Source: an uncultured Pirellulaceae bacterium
GTDB lineage: Bacteria; Planctomycetota; Planctomycetia; Pirellulales; Pirellulaceae
DNA length: 62,144 nucleotides
Assembly: GCA_964635375.1 (NCBI GenBank)
Contig: CAZWOU010000012.1
Location: 1 to 62,144, forward strand
Direction of reading: 5' to 3'
The notes beneath the pieces were generated by a model. That model was not told where the DNA came from. It worked only from the letters and a program-made list of their open reading frames with translations, and ran no database searches. Positions 1 to 7,634 of this stretch are shown piece by piece (position 1 is the stretch's first letter; every line of letters begins with the position of its first letter). The position numbers and the translations under genes were made by a program.

Positions 1-2
1 CA

Positions 3-764
3 AATGATCTCGACAATGGGCGTTCCAACACAACCTACTCCATGAACACTGGTACATCCCACTACCCGCCTCACCGCAATCCCGCCACCGCCTCGGGCGG
101 CGGAACCGCGATTGCACCGACGGCGGTTCTCCACACGCCACAAGGCGCCAAAGGGAACGGCATCGCGTCCTATCGTTGGGCTGGACCGATGTTCCAACTT
201 AACCATGGCTATGACACACTTTTCGCTGCCTGTGATGAAGTCGTTTCTCTCTCCAAAGTGACGGACGGGACGAGCAATACGGCAGCATTCTCGGAATTCG
301 TGATTCAAAACCCGATTTATCAGACCGCGCAGTACGCAATGGTTCCGAACAATCCGTCAACGAATCCCGATCCGAAAATCTGGCGGCAGCAGGTTTATGA
401 ATCGATCAGTCCAGGTGCCTACACCGAAGAGGATCGCCTCGCTTGCCTCGCTCAAGCAGCGTTGTATGACATTGGCAATGTTCGCACGATTCGTCGAGGA
501 CGCTCCTGGAGTTGGGGAAGACCCAACGCTGGTGCTGGCTATTCGCACACCATGCTGCCCAACGAGAAGTCGTGCCTCATGCAGTCGACACAAGGCGTCG
601 AGCACTTGGGTGACAACCTGCTCGCCGCATCCAGTGAGCACCCGGCTGGTGTCAACGTCGCGATTACGGACGGCTCAGTTAGGTTCGTCAGCGAGAACGT
701 CGAAGACCTCGCTTGGTGGGCGCTTGGTACTCGTAATGGAAACGAAAATCGACCGATCAAGTAA
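3..764 (+). CDS. DUF1559-type (H-X9-DG) pseudopilin-like protein, C-terminal part; the 5' end lies outside the window
   Basis: Frame 3 is open from nt 3 to the TAA at 762-764. SSEHPAGVNVAITDGSVRFV matches the H-X9-DG signature. A TDGTSNT motif typical of planctomycete DUF1559 proteins is present. Confidence 0.8.
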   Translation, partial: NDLDNGRSNTTYSMNTGTSHYPPHRNPATASGGGTAIAPTAVLHTPQGAKGNGIASYRWAGPMFQLNHGYDTLFAACDEVVSLSKVTDGTSNTAAFSEFVIQNPIYQTAQYAMVPNNPSTNPDPKIWRQQVYESISPGAYTEEDRLACLAQAALYDIGNVRTIRRGRSWSWGRPNAGAGYSHTMLPNEKSCLMQSTQGVEHLGDNLLAASSEHPAGVNVAITDGSVRFVSENVEDLAWWALGTRNGNENRPIK

Positions 765-821
765 CGGTTGATTCGAAACCGGTTTGCCCTTCCAGGCAAG
801 CTTGCGAAACTGATTCTCGAC

Positions 822-856
822 TGGCCATCGTCTTCGCGACGGTGGCCAGTTTTTTT
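822..856 (+). terminator. Rho-independent terminator of the DUF1559 gene
   Basis: An 11-bp stem TGGCCATCGTC / GACGGTGGCCA (one G-U pair) with a 5-nt loop is followed by GTTTTTTTG. It lies 58 nt after the stop at 764. Confidence 0.7.
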
Positions 857-1235
857 GAATCAGGATCGTGAGCCGCCTTCTCGTTACTTTGTGTTGACTC
901 AAGCCATACGCGTTCTGTTGATACTCGCTTTGGGCATCACAAGAGCCGTCGAACGCAAAGACAGACTCTGCTTGGCCAGGGCAAAATGCTGGCCAATCGC
1001 CACGGCCTTAGTTAATCTGCTGGGAATATCAGTAGACGAATTTGGATCGAGACTAATGGCGGCGGCAAGTCGAACGCTCGGACCACAAAGCCGACGCGGT
1101 GACCGCTTTGCACAGTTAACAATGACTCGACGAAAAAAACGGCCATCCAGCCAAGCGGCCGCTTGAAACAGTGGCCCAAACTTGGGATTCTAGTGTATTA
1201 ACCTTTGGACTACGTTCAATCGAGGGAGAACCATC

Positions 1236-1460
1236 ATGCGTTGTTTTCAATTATTGGTGCTTTGCGGCGCCCTGACCGTCATGACCGGGTGCAATGTTGG
1301 CGTGTCCGAAACTGGCCCTCCGCCAGTTGAGGTGCCCGAAGTAGCGCCGATCAAACAGGACTGGAAAGACGCGGACGAAGAAACGAAGGCCGCTTGGAAA
1401 GCTGCTGGATTTTCCGAAGAAACAGCGAAAGACCCTGATATGTCAACGGACGGTCTGTAG
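1236..1460 (+). CDS. Small secreted lipoprotein (74 aa), unknown function
   Basis: The ATG has a GGGAG Shine-Dalgarno 7 nt upstream. The N-terminus MRCFQLLVLCGALTVMTGC is a signal peptide with a lipobox Cys. A terminator follows directly. Confidence 0.6.
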   Translation: MRCFQLLVLCGALTVMTGCNVGVSETGPPPVEVPEVAPIKQDWKDADEETKAAWKAAGFSEETAKDPDMSTDGL

Positions 1461-1483
1461 CCTACGCAAGTTGGCACGCTCAG

Positions 1484-1508
1484 AAGCCCGCGGCAACGCG
1501 GGCTTTTT
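1484..1508 (+). terminator. Rho-independent terminator between convergent genes
   Basis: Stem AAGCCCGCG, loop GCAA, stem CGCGGGCTT, then TTT. It lies 24 nt after the stop at 1460. Confidence 0.75.
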
Positions 1509-1558
1509 GCTGCGCCGTGAGTTCACTCCTACCAGCGAGAGACTCGCACCGTTACGGC

Positions 1559-2896
1559 TCAATTCGCCTCGGCGTGGCGATTTGTTGAAATCTTGGCGCG
1601 GATTTCATCTTTCAAGTGCCGCAGCACAGATTTCTTGTCGGTGTCGTCCAAGATCCGTCGCACAACCGATTTCGGGCCTTCAACACCCCATGACGATCCA
1701 TGCTCGAAGTAGTACTTGGCGGCCTTCCCGACGATGTACGACCCATAGCCGGCCGCAGCGCCCTGAGGCACCGCAGTTATTAGGGAAGAGGCGCCGAACA
1801 GGACGCCCTTCAGGACCGATGCCGAGTAGCTAATGACGACCTCGCCGAGAAGCACGAGGCCAGCGGCTTTGAGAATCGCAGCGACAAGTTTCTTGGCGTG
1901 GGCTGTCGTCATCTCCAAGCCGTAGATGCGAGCGAGAACAGCCACCATCGTGGCGTCCACGATGGTTCCGCCGATAACGTCGGCCGCAATGACTGGATTC
2001 AGAGCTACGACAAGCGATTTGACCGCCGCATAGCTCATGATCGTTTGGTTCGCGTTTCGAGCTCGAAGTTGAACGCGGAGCGCCGCGATGCGGTCGTTCT
2101 TATCCGCGGCGTACATGGCCGCGTTGAGGGTCAACAGGGCCAATCCGTCTTGTTCCAGCAGTTCCAGTATCCGGGACTTCAACTGGGCGACGTCGGCCTT
2201 CGGTTTCCGCCACTCGTTTCGGCTCCCGCCCTGGGCGTCCTCGATCACATACTCGATTTCGCGAGGGTCAGCCGAAGTCGTGATGATTTGCTCGGCAGGC
2301 ACGAGCTCAGCCAGTCGATCGTCGACCAACGTACTCCGCAGCGTCTGTAGCTGGCTCGGCGAATAGAGATCGGCTTTGTTCAACACCACAATGATCGGTT
2401 TGTGCAGCCGGACCAATTCGCACACAGCCGCGTATTCCACATCGTTGAGGTCCGAGTCCGTCACGAACAGCAACAGGTCTGCGCTGGCCGCCGCCTCACG
2501 AGCCGATTCGGCTCGGTCAGCCCCGCCGACTTCATTGATCCCCGGCGTGTCGACGAGCACGAGTTGCGAGTCAGCCAGCCCTGGTACACAGTATCCGGCG
2601 CCGTCCCAATCGACCTTCCAGACATCGCGCGTCCAGCCGCCGCGCACGTCGACTTCAGTGATCACATCTCCGACGAGGGCGTTGATGAGCGCCGACTTGC
2701 CGGTGCTAATTTCCCCAAAGACGACAATCTCGACCCGACCACTGGTCAGCTTCTCGGTCATCATGTGGATACGGTCTACATCGGCTTGCAGCTGTTCCAT
2801 CTCTTGCGCAGTGCAGCCCTCGAGCTTCTCGAGCGTGTCGCGCAAGGATTGCAGGGCGTTCTGATAATTCTGATCTTCCAATACGTTAACGGTCAT
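1559..2896 (-). CDS. GTPase (HSR1/MMR1-type G domain) with a hydrophobic DUF697-like C-terminal domain
   Basis: G1 is GEISTGKS, G3 is DTPG and G4 is NKAD. The N-terminus is a coiled coil. The C-terminal Gly/Ala-rich hydrophobic segment resembles DUF697. The ATG overlaps the upstream stop (ATGA at 2893-2896). Confidence 0.85.
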   Translation of the reverse strand: MTVNVLEDQNYQNALQSLRDTLEKLEGCTAQEMEQLQADVDRIHMMTEKLTSGRVEIVVFGEISTGKSALINALVGDVITEVDVRGGWTRDVWKVDWDGAGYCVPGLADSQLVLVDTPGINEVGGADRAESAREAAASADLLLFVTDSDLNDVEYAAVCELVRLHKPIIVVLNKADLYSPSQLQTLRSTLVDDRLAELVPAEQIITTSADPREIEYVIEDAQGGSRNEWRKPKADVAQLKSRILELLEQDGLALLTLNAAMYAADKNDRIAALRVQLRARNANQTIMSYAAVKSLVVALNPVIAADVIGGTIVDATMVAVLARIYGLEMTTAHAKKLVAAILKAAGLVLLGEVVISYSASVLKGVLFGASSLITAVPQGAAAGYGSYIVGKAAKYYFEHGSSWGVEGPKSVVRRILDDTDKKSVLRHLKDEIRAKISTNRHAEAN

Positions 2897-4497
2897 TTGC
2901 GGTCGTTCCCGCCCCTTTCCGTATCGCCTCGGTCATCAGCTTCTTCGTTGGTCGACCAGCCGCTCCTTGCCGCTGCGACCAATCTCGCCAATTCCCGCAC
3001 GCTGGTGACGTGCTCCCATTTCTTCCTCGCCATCGCCGCCAAACTATCGGCGCCGCGTACGGACTCATCCTGAAAGTACTCGATAAACACAGCACCAATC
3101 CAACGAGTTATCAGGGCCTGAACAATGCCCTGCAGCAACCCGCCCGCGATAGTTCCTGCCCCTGGCACGGTTTTCATGAGACTCGCGCAGGCGCTGACCA
3201 CCAACGGCGTGGCGGCGCTGACGCCGAGAATGGCCAGCAAGTTCTTGCCCAATTGGGCGAGCAGATTGACGGCCGTCTCGCTGTCGATATCGTGCTTATA
3301 GACTCGCGAGAGATCAATGACCATCTTGGTCGTTATCGCCCCGCCCGCCGCCAGGTCAAGCATCGGCAAGGGGCTAACCGCCGCGGCGCCGCCCGCGCCC
3401 CAAGCGTACCTGTCGACGAGGACTCTCGCCCTTTGGTCCAAGTCCTCTCGAACTTTGGCCTGCGCCTCAGTCATCAGTCCGCGTGATCGCAAAAGCAAGT
3501 TGGCCAAGAGCAAGTTGGCCCCATCCCGCCGCACGACATTCAACATTCGTTTGGCCAATGCCGAAATATCTGGATCGACAGGCACAAGATCTTCTATTTC
3601 GCCGCCATCGGCGCCCACTCGCACGACTTGTCTCGGTGCCGGGTTGGGCGAAACGCGAACAATGTCCGCTCGCACAATCCAGTCGGCGGTCTGCTCAGCA
3701 ATCTGGCTTTCCAGCAAGGTTCGCTTCCGCTCGGCATACCAATCGCTCTTGTTGATGCAAAGAAGAATGCGTTTCTCCATGGCCGCCAGTTGCTTGAGCA
3801 ACTGCGATTCGGCCTCGCGAAGAGGGCCGTCAACAACCATCAAGACCAGGTCGGCATCCTTGGCGGCTCGTGCGGCTTCGTGAATGTGTTGCTGGCCATC
3901 CACTTCGCCGAGCCCCGGCGTATCAACCAGCAGCACGCGGTCCGACCCAGGCCAAACTACTTCGCCTCGGCGAACAGTCGTCCCTCCCTTGGCATCGGTC
4001 TCGAAAACATCGCGGCCGGCAAGTGCATTGAGCAGCGAGGACTTGCCGCAGGAGATGGTCCCAAAAGCAACGATCTCGAGCGTTTGATGTTCGTGCTTCT
4101 GGCGAAAATCGTCGCAGAGCGACTGCAACTCGCGGCGAACTTCAGGACCCACGATCTCGTCATCCCGCAGCCGATCGATCGCATCCAAGTTCTCGTCGAC
4201 CTCCCGCCTCTTATCGGCGCTCGACAACTCGCTTGGATTCCTCGCTTTGCGAGCCCTGGCGGCGCGTTTCTTCCAGGTACGCCTGAGCAGGCTCACTAGC
4301 ATCCACAGAGTCGTTCCAGCCAGCAGTGCTGAGCCGAGCCCGACGATCGTGAAATAGAGGTAGACGGCCCAATCGCCGAACGTCTTCACGGTTTCGTACT
4401 GCTGCAAGATCCATGGCGGAACATAGACCATCAAGAAACCCAAAAAGGCGAGCGTCAGCAGCAGCATGAGCCGATTTGTCAACTGCTTGAATTGCAT
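2893..4497 (-). CDS. Membrane-anchored GTPase with a DUF697-like C-terminal domain
   Basis: Two N-terminal TM helices are present (LMLLLTLAFLGFLMV and LYFTIVGLGSALLAGTTLWMLV). G1 is GTISCGKS, G3 is DTPG and G4 is NKSD. The first ATG is at 4497; the ORF track start at 4509 is a TTG. Confidence 0.85.
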   Translation of the reverse strand: MQFKQLTNRLMLLLTLAFLGFLMVYVPPWILQQYETVKTFGDWAVYLYFTIVGLGSALLAGTTLWMLVSLLRRTWKKRAARARKARNPSELSSADKRREVDENLDAIDRLRDDEIVGPEVRRELQSLCDDFRQKHEHQTLEIVAFGTISCGKSSLLNALAGRDVFETDAKGGTTVRRGEVVWPGSDRVLLVDTPGLGEVDGQQHIHEAARAAKDADLVLMVVDGPLREAESQLLKQLAAMEKRILLCINKSDWYAERKRTLLESQIAEQTADWIVRADIVRVSPNPAPRQVVRVGADGGEIEDLVPVDPDISALAKRMLNVVRRDGANLLLANLLLRSRGLMTEAQAKVREDLDQRARVLVDRYAWGAGGAAAVSPLPMLDLAAGGAITTKMVIDLSRVYKHDIDSETAVNLLAQLGKNLLAILGVSAATPLVVSACASLMKTVPGAGTIAGGLLQGIVQALITRWIGAVFIEYFQDESVRGADSLAAMARKKWEHVTSVRELARLVAAARSGWSTNEEADDRGDTERGGNDRK

Positions 4498-4762
4498 CCG
4501 CTGGTTCAACCTTGAAGTACAGTCTGGATCGCCGCTCCCGATGAACGCCTGGCGCTAATAAGGTAATTCGTCGCCCGGCGTCATTGCTTTCCTGTTTTTC
4601 CTGATCGACCGCATAATCGGTGCGAACGGCGCCGCCAACCGGCGATATGATCACCTTTCGATTTCGATTAAGCAACTCTCGCCGCGAGAACAAGGGCCGT
4701 TTGCGGCTTCGCCCTCAACTTGCCTTCCGCTTTCCGCCAGCTTTCCCTTCAGGCGGGCAAAC

Positions 4763-4797
4763 AAAAAAGGCGAACCCGGACTGAGTCCAAGTTCGCC
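4763..4797 (-). terminator. Rho-independent terminator after the Spy/CpxP-like gene
   Basis: On the minus strand, a GGCGAAC..GTTCGCC outer stem plus a GGAC/GTCC inner stem is followed by TTTTTTGTTT. It lies 28 nt after the stop at 4825. Confidence 0.7.
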
Positions 4798-4824
4798 GAA
4801 TGAGCTCTGAGAAAGAGTCGTTGA

Positions 4825-5364
4825 CTATGCGTCTTTTTTCTTCTTGGGAGCGTCCTTCTTGCGATTGCCTTTTCGGCCGCCGAGGCCGGCTTTTTGGCGC
4901 TGCTCAGGAGTTAGCAAGGCGGCGACTTCTTTGGTCAGCGAAGATCGAACCTTGCCAACTTGAGCTTGAGCTTCCTTGAACTTGGCCAAATCAGCGTCGC
5001 TCAACCCCAGGGCAGCCATCGCGGCGGCTTGGGCTTCTTTGCCTTTCTTTCCGGCTTCTCGAGCTTTCTTCGAAGCGGCGGCCATCTTCTTGCGGCCCTC
5101 GGCGCCGATCACAGCAGCCACGGCTTTACTCGCTTCTTGCAGCTGGGCACTGTACTTGGCGACGATTTCCTTAATCTTGCCCTTTTGCTCATCGGTGATT
5201 TCGGCTTTTTCAAGCCGTTTCATCAACTGCGCTCCGGCACTGCGGCCTGCGGCCGGTTTGCCCTTTTTTCGTTTCTTCTTCTTGGCGTCATCATCAGCGA
5301 GAGCTGGTGCGGCGACAAGCATCGCAAGAGCGACAACCGTGCAAAGTTTGAACAGACGATTCAT
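4825..5364 (-). CDS. Periplasmic Spy/CpxP-like (LTxxQ motif) Lys/Ala-rich protein
   Basis: The internal ATG at 5364 has a GGAG upstream. The signal peptide is MNRLFKLCTVVALAMLVAAPALA. Two LTxxQ-like motifs are present (EITDEQ and LLTPEQRQ). Confidence 0.6.
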   Translation of the reverse strand: MNRLFKLCTVVALAMLVAAPALADDDAKKKKRKKGKPAAGRSAGAQLMKRLEKAEITDEQKGKIKEIVAKYSAQLQEASKAVAAVIGAEGRKKMAAASKKAREAGKKGKEAQAAAMAALGLSDADLAKFKEAQAQVGKVRSSLTKEVAALLTPEQRQKAGLGGRKGNRKKDAPKKKKDA

Positions 5365-5447
5365 TTGAAGGACTCCAGTAATCAATGATGCAATCCATCG
5401 CTGTTGGCTCCAACTATCCTGAGTTGAGGCAAGTAGGTAAACACATG

Positions 5448-6131
5448 TCACTTGATCTGCTCATTTGAGCTGGCCGACGTTTTCGTCGCCCGATTCTTCT
5501 TCTTGCGATTCTCGGCGACAGTCTTCGATTTGCCCGAAGGGCGCCGCATCCACGTCTTAACTTGGGCATCAACAGCCTGATCTCGATTCGCCTGAAACCG
5601 AGCAATGTCGCCGTCGAGTTTCTTCAACCGAGCCGCTTGACGGTCCCGGTTCTTCTGCATGATTTGAAGCTCCAAGTCGAATCGCTGCCCAAGCAGACTG
5701 CGCAGCTTGGCCTCGTCCGTGGATGAACCTCCCATGCGAATTCGAGCTGCGAGCAATTGAGCCCGCTTGTCAAGTTGCCAGCTTCTTAGGGCCAACACGT
5801 AGCTCGCGTCGTCTCGCTGCTTGATTCGTTCGAGGCGATCGGCGGCATTAAACAACTCGCGAATCGCCGCCGAATACTTCTTCGGCTGGCTTTCCTGCAG
5901 TACGTCCAACAAGCTCTTCAACTCGGGCAAGCAGTCCGCGACAAACGAATTCACTTTGGCCACTTCCGCCGGCGTGACTGGTCGACGCGCGGCGGAACGT
6001 GAGTTGGGTTTCTTGGCGGCTCGATCCTTGCTGGAAACACTTCTCTTGGGCGAATCCTCCTGCGCACGCAAGCTCGCCGAACCAATCAGGCACAGCGCGA
6101 CGGATGTCAGAATGATGATTCGAAGTCCCAT
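5448..6131 (-). CDS. Secreted coiled-coil protein of the ECF module, unknown function
   Basis: The ATG at 6129-6131 shares one nt with the upstream TAA (TAATG). The signal peptide is MGLRIIILTSVALCLIGSASLRAQ. The body of the protein is helical and charged. Confidence 0.6.
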   Translation of the reverse strand: MGLRIIILTSVALCLIGSASLRAQEDSPKRSVSSKDRAAKKPNSRSAARRPVTPAEVAKVNSFVADCLPELKSLLDVLQESQPKKYSAAIRELFNAADRLERIKQRDDASYVLALRSWQLDKRAQLLAARIRMGGSSTDEAKLRSLLGQRFDLELQIMQKNRDRQAARLKKLDGDIARFQANRDQAVDAQVKTWMRRPSGKSKTVAENRKKKNRATKTSASSNEQIK

Positions 6132-6694
6132 TAGCGATTCTCCATGTCGCGTTCGTGAAGCACATCGTCTCGCCGCGACAACTGATCCACTGCGGCAAGC
6201 ATCCAATCGGGCGAATCCGCAACCAGATTCTCATCCTCGCTGACCGCGCCGAGCGAATCCTCAAAGAACGCTGGCAGCGCCTCCTCGAACTCCGCCGACT
6301 CGTCCATCAGCTCGCTCCAAATCAACGCCAAACGATCGTTCGATTTTGCTGTCGGAGCTGGTTCGACAGGCCGATTCAGCTGCAAACTCAGAAGCGAGAT
6401 CACCACCAACGCCACCACACCGCTGGCGCCCCACAGTGCCTGACTCCAGCGCAGCTCAAAGATGCGGGCGGGGCGACTTGCCATGTGGGAAAGGTCAGCC
6501 GAGTCGCGCAACGCCACTCGCGTGGCAGCAACCAGTTCCACGGCTTTGGCAACAGCTTCTCGAGCGGGTTGGCTAGCCGCCAATTGCGCTTCAAATGACT
6601 TCACCTCGTCGCTCTCGAGGTATCCCAATACGTAGGCCTCCGCGGCGTCAGCGAGTTGTTCGCCGGTCAGGTTGTTGTCAGCATCAGTCATCAT
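6131..6694 (-). CDS. Putative anti-sigma factor (single-pass membrane protein)
   Basis: It starts at the ATGATG at 6689-6694, overlapping the sigma-factor stop by 11 nt. A helical cytoplasmic N-domain is followed by one TM helix (ALWGASGVVALVVISLLSL). Confidence 0.6.
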   Translation of the reverse strand: MMTDADNNLTGEQLADAAEAYVLGYLESDEVKSFEAQLAASQPAREAVAKAVELVAATRVALRDSADLSHMASRPARIFELRWSQALWGASGVVALVVISLLSLQLNRPVEPAPTAKSNDRLALIWSELMDESAEFEEALPAFFEDSLGAVSEDENLVADSPDWMLAAVDQLSRRDDVLHERDMENR

Positions 6695-7310
6695 AATCCC
6701 CAGTTTCGCGTCCAAGGGGAGATTCCCCTTCGAGTCGCTTTCGCAAACTGCCCATCGCCGCCCGCATGCGCGAGAGCGCTGTTCCAAGCGGAATCTGCAG
6801 CTGGCTTGCAATCTCCGCGAATGTCATTTCCTCATAGATTCGCAATCGGACAATCTCGCTCTGTGGAGTCGGCAATTGATCAATCGCGGCACGAACTGAT
6901 TCCACCGACTCTCGTCGGACTAAGAGGTCATCCGCAGGCGCCGAGGAAGCCGACTGCAACCACTGCAGGCCACGCTTCACGCGATCACCAACGACTTGGC
7001 GGCGCCGTGTCGCCAAGACCTCATTATAGGCGACACGAAAAAGCCAAGCCTTGCGAGACTCACGCTTATCGGGGCCGCCCTGTTCAATCAACTTGGTAAA
7101 ACTGATCTGCACGGCGTCTCGAGCCAGCTGAATGTCACCAGCCACGCCTGTCAGGAATCGCACCAGCTCGTCGGCATGGTCCGAAAACAACCGACTGACG
7201 GCATCCGAGTCGATTTTCTCTCCCTCGGACAATGCAGTAACTCCCGCCGAACGTGCGACGCAAACAGTCGCCATAGAAACAGATGCGCGAAGAGACAGGT
7301 TTATTGACAT
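6684..7310 (-). CDS. ECF-type RNA polymerase sigma-70 family factor
   Basis: Region 2 is AWLFRVAYNEVLATRRR. The region 4 HTH is LPTPQSEIVRLRIYEEMTFAEIASQLQIPLGTALSRMRAAM. The start is uncertain: ATG at 7310 or 7274, or TTG at 7349. Confidence 0.85.
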   Translation of the reverse strand: MSINLSLRASVSMATVCVARSAGVTALSEGEKIDSDAVSRLFSDHADELVRFLTGVAGDIQLARDAVQISFTKLIEQGGPDKRESRKAWLFRVAYNEVLATRRRQVVGDRVKRGLQWLQSASSAPADDLLVRRESVESVRAAIDQLPTPQSEIVRLRIYEEMTFAEIASQLQIPLGTALSRMRAAMGSLRKRLEGESPLGRETGDYDD

Positions 7311-7634
7311 GTCCCGCGAAAGACGTTTCGATCGAGCAAATGGGCCCAAATCGTTACATTACACCATGTTAGAGCAGACGTTTAGGCCCGCGGCAAGCGA
7401 CAACTCGCGATCCTGTGGGCCAGATTCCCGCTCAGTGACTAGGGGTTGGTGGCGAAATTGGCTCTCCGTGTATAATTGAGCAATCGGCTCAAATCCGCGG
7501 CGCCGCAGCCTCTTTGCAGACCCAACCTTCGCTCGTTGTGGCGTAGACAGCCTTTTCACCTGGCGGCGCAGTGATTCGGCCCGTTTTCCCATCACGGCTC
7601 GTCCACTTTCCGTCCACAACCATTGGAAATTCGT

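Noticed and set aside
768-1166. 132-aa plus-strand ORF downstream of the DUF1559 gene
   Set aside because: It starts with a TTG and runs straight through a strong terminator at 822-856. It uses many codons that are rare in the confident genes here (ATA, AGA, CTA, TTA, AGG). The sequence is Arg-rich.
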